Below, in pieces: positions 7,486 through 17,511 of a DNA stretch of 64,000 bases. This DNA is from Pedobacter sp. GTDB lineage: Bacteria > Bacteroidota > Bacteroidia > Sphingobacteriales > Sphingobacteriaceae. The stretch is from NCBI GenBank assembly GCA_038918115.1, contig JBCLAL010000008.1, positions 73,072 through 137,071 on the forward strand. The letters are read 5' to 3'. The notes under the pieces are model-generated. The model had not been told where the DNA came from. It saw nothing but the letters and a program-made list of their open reading frames with translations, and did not search any database. The translations under genes and the position numbers were made by a program. Numbering within the stretch: position 1 is the stretch's first letter; each line of letters begins with the position of its first letter.

Positions 7486-9090
7486 ATGTTAGAAGACTTA
7501 TTAACCGGACCTGATCTAAGGTATCTTGGATTGGATTCAAGTTTAATGAAGTACCACTTAAGTGTACCTGTTTTAGTTGAAGAGGCTCTGTTTAATGGAG
7601 AGGGTACGCTCGCCGAGTGTGGTGCACTGGCGATCGATACTGGAAAATTTACCGGGCGTTCGCCTAAAGATCGCTTTATTGTTGCCGATGCCATCACCAA
7701 TGATGAGGTTTGGTGGGGCGATATCAATATAAAGATTGAAGGAGAGAAATTTGATAAACTATATGAAAAGGTAACTACATACCTTAACCATAATAAGTAT
7801 TATGTGCGGGATACGTTTGCCTGTGCAGATCCGGACTACCAGATCGGTATTCGCGTGGTTACTGAAACCGCCTATCAGAATCTATTTGCCCATAACTTGT
7901 TCTTACGTCCCCAGCACCCAGACGCTCAAGTCCGTCCGGAGTGGACAATTGTAGCTGCACCAGGATTTGAAGCTAATCCGGAAGAAGATGGAACTCGACA
8001 AGGTAATTTCACCATCATTAACTTCAGCAAGAAGATCATATTAATAGGTGGAACAGGTTATACTGGCGAGATCAAGAAGGGTATTTTCTCTGTATTGAAC
8101 TTTCTGCTGCCTGTTGATCGAAAAACGTTGTCTATGCATTGTTCAGCTAACGTAGGTGCCGATGGAGATACGGCGATCTTTTTTGGACTTTCGGGAACAG
8201 GGAAAACTACGCTATCTGCGGATCCAAAACGAAGTTTGATTGGTGACGACGAACATGGTTGGGGTGAGCACGGGGTTTTCAACTTTGAAGGTGGCTGCTA
8301 CGCAAAATGCGTGGATCTTAGTCCTGAAAAAGAACCTGAAATCTATGCGGCAATCCGGTTTGGTGCGTTGCTTGAAAATACCAACTATTTTCCTGGAACC
8401 AGGGCAGTGAACTTCGCAGATATTACTAAGACTGAGAACACCAGGGTAGCTTATCCGTTAACCTATATATATAATGCTGTAGAACCTTCAATGGCCCCCA
8501 TGCCTAGGCACATATTTTTCCTGACTGCTGATGCTTACGGTGTATTGCCACCGATATCAAAATTGAACAAGGGGCAGGCGATGTTTCATTTTATTTCAGG
8601 CTATACGGCGAAAGTTGCCGGGACAGAAACCGGTGTAACGGAACCACAGTTGACGTTTTCCGCATGCTTCGGAAAAGCTTTTATGCCTTTGCATCCTACA
8701 AAATATGCCGAATTGCTAGGTGAGCAAATGGAGCGGCAACAAGTGCAGGTATGGTTGGTGAATACCGGATGGAGCGGCGGGCCATATGGAATTGGTAAAA
8801 GGATGAAATTAGCGTATACCCGGGCGATGATTACTGCCGCAATGGATGGAGTGCTCGCTGCAGTGGTTTATGCTACTGATCCGGTTTTTGGGTTGGAAAT
8901 ACCACAATCCTGCCCGGGTGTGCCTTCGGAGATTCTGAATCCTAAGAACACCTGGAACGATGGTGCTGCATACGACCGGCAGGCGAATTTACTGGCGCAG
9001 GCATTTTTAGATAACTTCAAAGCATATGAGCAATTCGCAAATGATGAATTGCGGGGATGTTTACCTAAAGTACGGGAAATAGCCCTTTAA
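7486..9090 (+). CDS. pckA: Phosphoenolpyruvate carboxykinase (ATP)
   Basis: TGRSPKD, MHCSAN, FGLSGTGKTTLS, IGDDEHGW, NFEGGCYAK, FSACFG. Start moved from TTG 7465 to ATG 7486. Confidence 0.98.
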   Translation: MLEDLLTGPDLRYLGLDSSLMKYHLSVPVLVEEALFNGEGTLAECGALAIDTGKFTGRSPKDRFIVADAITNDEVWWGDINIKIEGEKFDKLYEKVTTYLNHNKYYVRDTFACADPDYQIGIRVVTETAYQNLFAHNLFLRPQHPDAQVRPEWTIVAAPGFEANPEEDGTRQGNFTIINFSKKIILIGGTGYTGEIKKGIFSVLNFLLPVDRKTLSMHCSANVGADGDTAIFFGLSGTGKTTLSADPKRSLIGDDEHGWGEHGVFNFEGGCYAKCVDLSPEKEPEIYAAIRFGALLENTNYFPGTRAVNFADITKTENTRVAYPLTYIYNAVEPSMAPMPRHIFFLTADAYGVLPPISKLNKGQAMFHFISGYTAKVAGTETGVTEPQLTFSACFGKAFMPLHPTKYAELLGEQMERQQVQVWLVNTGWSGGPYGIGKRMKLAYTRAMITAAMDGVLAAVVYATDPVFGLEIPQSCPGVPSEILNPKNTWNDGAAYDRQANLLAQAFLDNFKAYEQFANDELRGCLPKVREIAL

Positions 9091-9145
9091 AGCACGAAAT
9101 TTGGGTTAAAATTTGCATTTCATTTTTTTTTTAGTTTTAATTGTG

Positions 9146-9177
9146 AAAGATTGTCTGGGAAGGGGCAATCTTTTTTT
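9146..9177 (+). terminator. Intrinsic terminator after pckA
   Basis: AAAGATTG...CAATCTTT stem followed by a T-run. Confidence 0.65.
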
Positions 9178-9357
9178 GATTTTACCAGTGTCTCTCGGTT
9201 AAGGTAACGAATTGATAACTTTTGAAATTTTAATGTAATATTAAATTGGAAATTTTAAATTTGTTATAGCAACAATTGCCTACATTAGCCGTTGAAGTGT
9301 ATTACAGAAATTATTTGAATTAAAACAAACTAAAAACAAAAAACTAAAAACAAAAAA

Positions 9358-10188
9358 ATGGCAAACGCACCAAAAACTACACCAGTTAAAAAAGAAGGCT
9401 CATCTTCAGCTTCTAACATGTTCGCAACATTAGTTATTCCGATTTGTATTATTATTGGTATCTGTCTTTACAAGTTTGTACTTGGTAATCCAGGAAACTT
9501 CGTGGATGGTAATCCTGACAATCACCCGATTCCAGGTAACTATGCAGGTATGGCTTACAAAGGAGGATTTATCGTACCGATCCTTATGGGTATGCTTTTA
9601 ATGGTAATCGTATTCTCAGTAGAACGTTTCATCGTTATTGGAAAAGCAACTGGAACTGGAAGCTTAGATGGTTTTATTAAGAAAGTACAAGGACTTTTAA
9701 GTGCAAACAACATTGAAGCTGCAATGGCTGAGTGTGACAAACAACAGGGTTCTGTAGCAAACGTAATTAAATCAGGTTTGAAAAAATACCGCGAGATGGA
9801 AGTAGAGCCTAACATGGATACAGATCAAAAATGTCTTGCAATTCAAAAAGATATCGAAGAAGCTACAACTTTAGAGATGCCAATGTTAGAGCAAAACTTA
9901 ACTGTAATTGCAACCTTAGTATCAGTAGGTACGTTGACAGGTCTATTGGGAACAGTAACAGGTATGATTAAGGCCTTCGGTGGTTTGGCTACATCTGGAG
10001 CTCCGGATCAGGCTGCACTAGCGAATGGTATTTCTGAGGCCTTGATTAACACTGCAACTGGTATCAGTACTTCAACTGTTGCAATTATCATGTACAACAT
10101 CCTTACTTCTAAGATTGATAAATTAACTTATGCAATTGATGAAGCTGGTTTCAGCATCATCCAGACTTATGCTTCTACGCATAAATAA
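9358..10188 (+). CDS. exbB: MotA/TolQ/ExbB proton channel protein
   Basis: GLLGTVTGMIKAF and GISEALINTA.G motifs; TAAATTTG -7 element at 9256..9263. Confidence 0.93.
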   Translation: MANAPKTTPVKKEGSSSASNMFATLVIPICIIIGICLYKFVLGNPGNFVDGNPDNHPIPGNYAGMAYKGGFIVPILMGMLLMVIVFSVERFIVIGKATGTGSLDGFIKKVQGLLSANNIEAAMAECDKQQGSVANVIKSGLKKYREMEVEPNMDTDQKCLAIQKDIEEATTLEMPMLEQNLTVIATLVSVGTLTGLLGTVTGMIKAFGGLATSGAPDQAALANGISEALINTATGISTSTVAIIMYNILTSKIDKLTYAIDEAGFSIIQTYASTHK

Positions 10189-10274
10189 GAAATAATGAAT
10201 TTTTTTTACCGGCTTTATGGAAAACCGGAAGAATAAACATCATTAATAAAAGAAACATAAGTAATATTTAAATT

Positions 10275-10892
10275 ATGCCAAGAGCAAAGGTTCAAAGAAA
10301 GAGTACTTCGATCGATATGACCGCCATGTGCGACGTATCGTTCCTACTACTGACTTTCTTTATATTAACAGCTACAGCACGTCAACCTGATCCTCTTAAG
10401 ATTACAATTCCATCATCTACCTACAAAATTCCGGTACCTGATGTTGATATTGCAAAATTATCAATTGGACATGGCAAGGTGTTTTATGAAGTAGCGGGAC
10501 AAGACGTGAAGATGGCCACTTTGGATAAAATGGCAGCTCAGTACAAGATTGAATTTACACCTACGGAGCGCAAGCGTTTCGGCGTAATCCAATCGTTTGG
10601 TGTACCATTTCAGAGCTTGAAGCAGTACATCAACTTACCTGATGAAGCTGCCCGTGAGAAATCTGGTTTGGCTACTGGAATACCTACAGATTCAACTAAC
10701 AATCAGTTAGCTGACTGGATTCTGAACTCTCGTCAGGCTGTTGCGGAGTTGCATTCTGAAGCGATGCGTATCAGTATTCGCGGAGATGCTGAGGAAGAGT
10801 ATCCAACGGTTAAAAAGATCGTAGATATCTTACAAAAACAGAAAATTAATAAGTTTAGTTTAATTACATCGGCCGAGGGCGGTGCTAAATAA
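10275..10892 (+). CDS. exbD: ExbD/TolR family protein 1
   Basis: IDMTAMCDVSFLLLTFFILT transmembrane motif with the conserved Asp; IRGDAEEEY. Confidence 0.92.
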   Translation: MPRAKVQRKSTSIDMTAMCDVSFLLLTFFILTATARQPDPLKITIPSSTYKIPVPDVDIAKLSIGHGKVFYEVAGQDVKMATLDKMAAQYKIEFTPTERKRFGVIQSFGVPFQSLKQYINLPDEAAREKSGLATGIPTDSTNNQLADWILNSRQAVAELHSEAMRISIRGDAEEEYPTVKKIVDILQKQKINKFSLITSAEGGAK

Positions 10893-10901
10893 AAAAAGGC
10901 A

Positions 10902-11453
10902 ATGGCAGAATTAGATACCTCCAGCGGGGGTGGCAAAAAAGGCGGCGGTAAAGTTAGAACCAAGAAAGCCAACACGAAAGTAGATTTAACCGCAATGGTG
11001 GATTTGGCTTTCTTGCTGATCACTTTCTTCATGCTAACCACGTCACTTTCGAAGCCCATTGCAATGGACATTGCAAAACCCGATAAAGACGACAAAAACG
11101 ATACGAAGTTAGAGCTACGTGCTTCACAGACCATGACGATCCTACTTGGTAAAAACAACAAAGTAGCCTGGTATATGGGTGAAGCAGGTAAGGAAACACC
11201 TACTATTGAAGGTTTTACAGAAGTAAGACAGTCTATTCTTAAAAACAAAAAGAAAGTTGCTGATTTATATGGTAACGATCCAAAGAGAACGCTTGTAGTA
11301 GTTATTAAGCCAACTTCAGGAGCAACCTATAAGAACTTTGTGGACATTATGGATGAGTTGAATATTGCTCAGATCACCGCGGCTCCGGCTATCGATGATG
11401 AAAACATCCTCGATTCTGAGATTACTGTAATGAAGCAAAATGGTATACTCTAA
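10902..11453 (+). CDS. exbD: ExbD/TolR family protein 2
   Basis: VDLTAMVDLAFLLITFFMLTT; IKP...ATYKNFVDIMDE. Confidence 0.92.
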   Translation: MAELDTSSGGGKKGGGKVRTKKANTKVDLTAMVDLAFLLITFFMLTTSLSKPIAMDIAKPDKDDKNDTKLELRASQTMTILLGKNNKVAWYMGEAGKETPTIEGFTEVRQSILKNKKKVADLYGNDPKRTLVVVIKPTSGATYKNFVDIMDELNIAQITAAPAIDDENILDSEITVMKQNGIL

Positions 11454-11480
11454 CATTTTAAACAACTAAAACCAAGCACA

Positions 11481-12299
11481 ATGTCTAAAATAGATTTGTT
11501 CAGAAAAGAATGGCTTGATGTTGTATTTGAAAACAAGAATAAGTCTTACGGTGCTTACAAGCTTCGTCAGAACAATGCTTCAACTACAACTAGAGCAACG
11601 CTGATGGCATCAGCAGCATTCATTTTGCTGTTCTTAACGCCAAAGATCATTAGTTTGATCAAAGGCTCACTGCCAGAAGAAGAAGTGGTGAAACAGGTAG
11701 AAGTTGCGATTCAGCCACCTCCACCAGTTGACCCTAAGACTCCGCCACCGCCACCGGTGGAGCCACCACCACCAAAAACCGATCAGGTGAAGTTCCCGCC
11801 TCCGATTGTAAAACCGGATGTTGAGGTGCGTGACCAGGAACCCCCACAGATCGAAGATTTGAAGAAGGCTGACCCAGGTCAGAAAACCATAGCCGGGGAT
11901 CCGGATGCTGACATCGTGATTACTGCACCCGTAGGTGAAGGTCCGAAACAAGCTGCAGTGGTAGAGGATAACCAGGTTTACGATTTCGTAAGTATCGAAA
12001 CCCCTCCAAGTTTCCCAGGTGGTATTGCTAAGTTCTATGCTTATGTTGGTAAGAACGTGAAATATCCGCCAATGGCAGCTGAGAACAATATTCAGGGTAA
12101 AGTTTTCCTTTCTTTCGTAGTAGAGAAAAACGGTGAACTTACTGATATTCAATTAGCTGGTAAAAAGCTTGGTGGTGGTACCGACGAGGAGGCAATCCGA
12201 GTATTGAAGGCTAGCCCGAAGTGGACCCCAGGAATTCAGAATGGAAAACCTGTACGTGTTAAGTACAACATTCCAATCAGTTTCACCTTATCGCAATAA
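11481..12299 (+). CDS. tonB: Energy transducer TonB
   Basis: N-terminal TM segment, Pro-rich linker, C-terminal YPPMA.ENNIQGKV..SFVVEKNG...EAIRV...W.PG.QNGKPVRV.Y.IPI.F. Confidence 0.93.
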   Translation: MSKIDLFRKEWLDVVFENKNKSYGAYKLRQNNASTTTRATLMASAAFILLFLTPKIISLIKGSLPEEEVVKQVEVAIQPPPPVDPKTPPPPPVEPPPPKTDQVKFPPPIVKPDVEVRDQEPPQIEDLKKADPGQKTIAGDPDADIVITAPVGEGPKQAAVVEDNQVYDFVSIETPPSFPGGIAKFYAYVGKNVKYPPMAAENNIQGKVFLSFVVEKNGELTDIQLAGKKLGGGTDEEAIRVLKASPKWTPGIQNGKPVRVKYNIPISFTLSQ

Positions 12300-12311
12300 G
12301 TGTTAAATAAT

Positions 12312-12536
12312 ATGTTTAACTACAATAATTTTAAGCAGAAATCGCCTCAACAGCGATTTCTGCTTATTTTCGGCCTAATCATTCTCCTGTTTTATTTCGG
12401 ATTAGGCATCCTTTTAATCTTTTGGACAGACATTCCTTTCGACTTCAAACCGATGTATCGGATTATGTTCGGGGTACTGTTGATCGTCTATGCCATTATC
12501 AGATTTTTCCGACTCAATAATCAGACAGAAAGATAA
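12312..12536 (+). CDS. Small two-TM membrane protein
   Basis: Two hydrophobic helices; tightly coupled in the operon. ATG 12312 preferred over GTG 12300. Confidence 0.75.
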   Translation: MFNYNNFKQKSPQQRFLLIFGLIILLFYFGLGILLIFWTDIPFDFKPMYRIMFGVLLIVYAIIRFFRLNNQTER

Positions 12537-12538
12537 GC

Positions 12539-13444
12539 ATGAAATACCTGGGATTACTTTTGATATTAATTTCGTTCGGCGCTTGTAAACAAAAGCAGAA
12601 TGGGGACGCTGCGGCAGAGAGCCGGACATCAGGTTCTGTGAAAATTTTGGTTGATGAAACATTCTCCAACATTGTAGACGAGCAGCTTATGGTTTTTAAT
12701 TCGGACTATCCTGATGCGAAGGTTGAATTGATAAACGGTCATGAGGAGCAGATTATACCTACTTTTTTGAATGATAGTGTACGTGTGATTGTACTATCGA
12801 GGATATTGACACCAAAAGAAGAGCAATACTATACAAAGCGTAATATAGTTGCTTATACGCAACGATTTGCCATTGATGGGGTAGCTTTAATTGCGAATGT
12901 TGAAAACCCGGATAGCACCGTGACAGCTGAGGACATGATCGCCATAATGAAGGGAACTTACACAGGTAATAAGAAGCTGGTATTCGACAGTCCTTATTCA
13001 AGTACCCTAAAGTATTTTAAAGATCTGGCTAAAATAAATACGCTTCCATCCAAGGGTGTGTATACTTTAAACAACAACTCGGACGTTATTAAATACGTTG
13101 CAGAAAACAAGGATTACGTTGGCGTAATTGGCCTTAACTGGTACCTGCGTGCTGCAAACGGAGCTCCGAATGTTTATTCCAAGGTTAAACTATTGGGTGT
13201 AAAGAATGTCAAAGGTGGTAAAGGCGATAATGCATTTTACAAACCAACTCAAGATAACCTCATCAGTGGAATTTATCCGTTTTTAAGAAATGTTTACATT
13301 ATCAATTGTGAAGGCAAGGATGGAGTCGGTACGGGATTTGCAAACTGGTTGTCGAGTCCTCGCGGACAACTTATAATCTTGAAATCAGGTCTGGGACCAC
13401 ATAAGCTGCTTTCAAGGGATTTTAACTTAAAGAAATCAAACTAA
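12539..13444 (+). CDS. PstS-like periplasmic binding protein family lipoprotein
   Basis: Lipobox FGAC; VDETF, FAIDGVALI, YPF.RNVYII motifs of the PBP_like/PstS family. Confidence 0.85.
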   Translation: MKYLGLLLILISFGACKQKQNGDAAAESRTSGSVKILVDETFSNIVDEQLMVFNSDYPDAKVELINGHEEQIIPTFLNDSVRVIVLSRILTPKEEQYYTKRNIVAYTQRFAIDGVALIANVENPDSTVTAEDMIAIMKGTYTGNKKLVFDSPYSSTLKYFKDLAKINTLPSKGVYTLNNNSDVIKYVAENKDYVGVIGLNWYLRAANGAPNVYSKVKLLGVKNVKGGKGDNAFYKPTQDNLISGIYPFLRNVYIINCEGKDGVGTGFANWLSSPRGQLIILKSGLGPHKLLSRDFNLKKSN

Positions 13445-13460
13445 ATAATATATTTGAAAT

Positions 13461-15164
13461 ATGAAGATGACAAAAAAAGCAATAACCTTGAGTCTAGGTT
13501 TAGCAGTAATGGGTTCTGCCTCTTTTGCTCAAAGCCTTGAAGATGCCAAGAAAGCCATTGATGCTGAACAGTATCAAAAAGCGACTTCGATGCTAAAAGG
13601 CCTTGTTAAATCTCAAGCCAGCAAAGGAGAGAATTATTTTAATTTAGGTGAAGTTTACTTAAAGACAGATTACATTGACTCTGCCAGAGCGGTGTTTACA
13701 CAAGGGTTGACTGCAGACCCTAAAAGTCCATTAAACTATATTGGTCTTGGACAGGCAGATTTATTATCAAACAATGCGGCTTCTGCTAAAACTAACTTTG
13801 ACAAAGCGGTAGACGTATCTAAGAAAAGCGACTACATTCCTCAACTATATATTGGTAAAGCATACATAGAAGTAGATAAACCGGACTTCAACGCTGCATT
13901 GCCGTATTTACAAAAGGCAGATGAATTGGATAAGAATGACAAGGATGCTGAGACTTTTTTAGCCCTTGGCGACTATTATGCTTACCAAAGAAAAAATTCG
14001 GAAGCGCTTCAGAGCTACATGAGGGCCCTGAACATCAATCCTAATATTTTAAGAGCTAAAGTTCAAATAGGAAGAATGTATAAAGAATCTCGTGCATTTC
14101 CGGAAGCAGAAACTGCTTTGAAAGAAGTTATTGCACAGGATCCTAACTATGGTCCGGCTTACAGAGAACTTTCTGAGTTATACAACCAATGGTCATTTGG
14201 AGATCCAAATGGACAAGCTAAATCGGCAGCTGCAATCGAAAACTATCAGAAATACCTTGATTTAACTGACAAGTCATTTGATTCACGTATCAGATACGCA
14301 CAGATCTTGTTCTATGCAAAGGATTTTCAGAAACTGGAGGCAGAGACTAATGCATTAGCAGCAATGGCTCAAAACAGCCCTAAGGGTCTTTTGATCTCAC
14401 GTTTGAGAGGTTATTCTGCGTACGAGAACAAAAACTATCCTCAGGCATTGGAATACATGAATGATTTCTTTACTAAGGTTAAGGACACCAGCCGTATTGT
14501 AGCGGATGACTACTTATACCTAGGTCAAGCGCAGATGCAACAGAAACAAGATAGCCTTGCCTTAATCAATATCACTAAAGCTGTTGAAATGGACTCAACT
14601 AAAGCTGAAGCATTGGCAAACATGGCAAAAGCTTTCTACGAAGCGAAAAATTATCCTAAAGCAGTTGCGACTTATGATGTTGTTAACCGTTTAAACCCGA
14701 GTGGTGTTGGTTCATTATATAACTATTACTATCATGGTTTAGCAGCTTATTTCAGCTATGCTGCAGATTATACCGCGAAAAAGAACCCATCTAAAGATCT
14801 ATTGGTTAAAGCAGATTCATCTTTTGCTAAATTGGTAAGGTTATCGCCAACTACCTACGATGGTTATCTATGGAGAGCAAGGGTTAACTATTTCAAAGAT
14901 AGCGAAACTGCTCCTCAAGGTATCTATGTGCCATACTACCAACAATACCTTGATTCTGCTGAGGTGCATGTAGACAAACAGACACCCGCAACTAAAAAGA
15001 ACATGGTAGAAGCTTATAACTCAATTGCTGGTTTCGCATCAACTAATGATAAAGAAAAAGCAAGAACTTACTGGAACAAAGCATTGGCAATAGATCCACA
15101 AAATGCAACTGCATCGGCTGGAATTAAATCTCTATCCGCTCCTGCTAAAACCGGCAAGAAATAA
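13461..15164 (+). CDS. Secreted tetratricopeptide-repeat protein, paralog 1
   Basis: Signal peptide (ASFAQ) and many TPR-like helical repeats. Confidence 0.88.
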   Translation: MKMTKKAITLSLGLAVMGSASFAQSLEDAKKAIDAEQYQKATSMLKGLVKSQASKGENYFNLGEVYLKTDYIDSARAVFTQGLTADPKSPLNYIGLGQADLLSNNAASAKTNFDKAVDVSKKSDYIPQLYIGKAYIEVDKPDFNAALPYLQKADELDKNDKDAETFLALGDYYAYQRKNSEALQSYMRALNINPNILRAKVQIGRMYKESRAFPEAETALKEVIAQDPNYGPAYRELSELYNQWSFGDPNGQAKSAAAIENYQKYLDLTDKSFDSRIRYAQILFYAKDFQKLEAETNALAAMAQNSPKGLLISRLRGYSAYENKNYPQALEYMNDFFTKVKDTSRIVADDYLYLGQAQMQQKQDSLALINITKAVEMDSTKAEALANMAKAFYEAKNYPKAVATYDVVNRLNPSGVGSLYNYYYHGLAAYFSYAADYTAKKNPSKDLLVKADSSFAKLVRLSPTTYDGYLWRARVNYFKDSETAPQGIYVPYYQQYLDSAEVHVDKQTPATKKNMVEAYNSIAGFASTNDKEKARTYWNKALAIDPQNATASAGIKSLSAPAKTGKK

Positions 15165-15185
15165 GGTTAAATAATTCAATTAATG

Positions 15186-15217
15186 AAAAGAGAGTGCCGC
15201 AAGGCATTCTCTTTTTT
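15186..15217 (+). terminator. Intrinsic terminator ending the exbB...TPR1 transcript
   Basis: AAAAGAGAGTGCC-GCAA-GGCATTCTCTTTT with a GNRA loop and T-run. Confidence 0.85.
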
Positions 15218-15251
15218 GTTTAAGGTCATTAGCTGACCGACTGTTAGAGAA

Positions 15252-16961
15252 ATGAGCATGACAAGATATCTATTCGCAGTTTTATTAATGCTAGGGGCAT
15301 TCAATGTCTCAGGACAGCAATTAGAAGCTGCAAGGAGAGCGATTGATGCAGAACAATACCAACATGCCGGAAAATTATTAAAAGAGCTACAGCGAACAAG
15401 TTCTAAGGCCGGAGCAGCATATTACTATTTGGGTGAGGTTTATATGAGGACTGGAAATGTCGATTCTGCAAGAACGGCCTTCAAGCAAGGAATTCGCTTA
15501 GAAGCAAAATTTCCCTTGAACTATGTAGGTTTAGGCCAGGACGCGCTAAGCCAAGGCAATGTACAGGCAGCGAGGACTTACTTTGAGAAGGCGTTAAGTC
15601 TTAGCAAAAAACGAAATTTTGAGACGCCACTTGCCATCGCAAACGCTTTTATGAATGCATCTAAGCCAGACATAGCTGCAGCTTTACCCTATTTACAAAA
15701 GGCAGATGAACTCGATAAAGCAGATAAGGCTCCAGAGATATTTATGGCACTGGGGAACTACTATGCTGCTCAGGGTAATTTAAATGCAGGTTTAGAGAAT
15801 TATACAAAAGCGCTAGCTATTGATTCGAACTTTTCACGTGCAAGTCTTCAGATCGGTGAGATGTATGTTGATGGCCAGCAATATGCGCTGGCAGACTCAC
15901 TACTGCAAACCCTGGCAAAAACTGAACCTGATTTCGGGCCCACGTACCGGATTTTTTCGGAAATGTATAAAGCACAATACCTCCTTGATTCTACCAATAC
16001 TAAAGCTGCAAAATTAGCCGGCGAATACTATCAACGCTACCTTGATGCTACAGGCCGGAGTTTCGATGGGTTGCTTAACTATGCGCAGTTACTTTACGAC
16101 TTGCGGGATTTCAAGAACCTTGAACAGGCAGCAGGAAATTTAAGCGGTATGTACACCAGCAACAAGCAGAAGTCGAATATGATGCTACGCCTGCAAGGCT
16201 ATGCTGCCTATGAGAATGGGCGCTTTCCCACAGCATTACAATACCTAAACAGCCTTTTTATTGCAGCTGATAACGCTGCTGAACTCAGGGCAGATGATTA
16301 TCTGTACTTAAGTTTGACACATCAAGCCTTGCGATCACCGCAACTTGCTTATGATAATGCGTTAAAAGCAATTAAGGTCGATGCTACGAAAACTGCAGCC
16401 TTGGAAAACATAGCCCTGGCATATTACACCGCCAGAAATTGGGTTAAAGCAGTGGAACTGTATTCAATAATGAAAAGTATGGGTGCAAAGCCGGCCAAAC
16501 TTGCGGAGCTGAACCTTTACCATGGGACTGCTTTATATTTCCAATATGTAGAGGGCTTTAATAAACAGGGAAATGCGTCAAGGAATTTACTTTCTCAAGC
16601 GCTGGCGCTCTATGATGAAGCACTGAAAGTTTCGCCTGATCTTATGGTTACGCATTTATGGAAGGCAAGAGCACTCTATTTACTGGAAGATCCGTATAAT
16701 CCTCAGGGCCTAATGGTAGCGCCTTATCAGGCCTACATTGACGGCGTAGAACGCAGTAATCAACCACAGACAGCAGCAACGAAGCGTAATATTGTAGAAG
16801 CTTATACAGTAATGGCAAACTTCGCAGTCCGAAGAAATGACAAAGATGCGGCAAGGAATTTTTGGAGTAAGGTCTTGTTATTAGATCCGCAATATCCCGA
16901 TGCCCTTGCCGGGATGAAGTCGCTTAACGCCTCTGTTAGAAATGCAAGGAAGTCATATTAA
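15252..16961 (+). CDS. Secreted tetratricopeptide-repeat protein, paralog 2
   Basis: Same length class as TPR1 and shared blocks (AIDAEQYQ, YLQKADELDK, GYxAYEN, VPYY/APYQ). Confidence 0.85.
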   Translation: MSMTRYLFAVLLMLGAFNVSGQQLEAARRAIDAEQYQHAGKLLKELQRTSSKAGAAYYYLGEVYMRTGNVDSARTAFKQGIRLEAKFPLNYVGLGQDALSQGNVQAARTYFEKALSLSKKRNFETPLAIANAFMNASKPDIAAALPYLQKADELDKADKAPEIFMALGNYYAAQGNLNAGLENYTKALAIDSNFSRASLQIGEMYVDGQQYALADSLLQTLAKTEPDFGPTYRIFSEMYKAQYLLDSTNTKAAKLAGEYYQRYLDATGRSFDGLLNYAQLLYDLRDFKNLEQAAGNLSGMYTSNKQKSNMMLRLQGYAAYENGRFPTALQYLNSLFIAADNAAELRADDYLYLSLTHQALRSPQLAYDNALKAIKVDATKTAALENIALAYYTARNWVKAVELYSIMKSMGAKPAKLAELNLYHGTALYFQYVEGFNKQGNASRNLLSQALALYDEALKVSPDLMVTHLWKARALYLLEDPYNPQGLMVAPYQAYIDGVERSNQPQTAATKRNIVEAYTVMANFAVRRNDKDAARNFWSKVLLLDPQYPDALAGMKSLNASVRNARKSY

Positions 16962-17010
16962 ATAACTTAAGAAAAAAATGGAGCGGGGTTGATATCCTGC
17001 CATTTTCTTC

Positions 17011-17018
17011 TATTTTTG
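17011..17018 (+). promoter_or_regulatory. -7 element (TATTTTTG) of the nuo operon
   Basis: TAnnTTTG 16 nt upstream of ATG 17035. Confidence 0.6.
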
Positions 17019-17034
17019 TGTGCAAAGCATATTT

Positions 17035-17406
17035 ATGGAAACCCAAAGTGTACCATCAGATTTCTTACCGATTATATTTCAGGTATTAGTAGCACTAGGA
17101 TTTGTAGTTGTAACGCTTGTTGCGACGCATTATTTAGGTCCACGCAGGAAAACGGCTGATAAGTTGTCTACGTTTGAGGCAGGAATCAAGGTGGTGGGTA
17201 ATGCCAGGCAGCCATTTTCCATCAAGTACTTTTTGGTGGCAATTCTTTTTGTGCTGTTTGATGTTGAGGTAATATTCATGTACCCATGGGCGGTAAATTT
17301 TCGCGAATTAGGCATGGAAGGAATGCTGGAAATGTTTGTGTTTATGGGCACCCTTTTACTAGGCTTCATATACGTCATAAAAAAGAAAGCGCTGGACTGG
17401 AATTAA
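17035..17406 (+). CDS. nuoA: NADH:quinone oxidoreductase subunit A
   Basis: FEAG, FSIKYFLVAILFVLFDVEV.F.YPW. ATG 17035 preferred over GTG 17020, which lies at the promoter. Confidence 0.96.
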   Translation: METQSVPSDFLPIIFQVLVALGFVVVTLVATHYLGPRRKTADKLSTFEAGIKVVGNARQPFSIKYFLVAILFVLFDVEVIFMYPWAVNFRELGMEGMLEMFVFMGTLLLGFIYVIKKKALDWN

Positions 17407-17511
17407 GCTATTTAGATTCTTTCTAAATCCGGCCAACATTATGTAAATTCCTCTATTATTGTAGATTTGTAGTTCATTCTTAGTCAGAATGAACTTTTTT
17501 TTTGTTAGATC

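Noticed and set aside
10733-11248. 171-aa minus-strand ORF over exbD-exbD
   Set aside because: Antisense mirror of two real genes with no motifs of its own.
17413-17431. ATTTAGA-N5-TCTAAAT between nuoA and nuoB, and the CTCCG/CGGAG hairpin between nuoH and nuoI
   Set aside because: Short stems that could arise by chance or be ordinary mRNA-stability elements; no further support.
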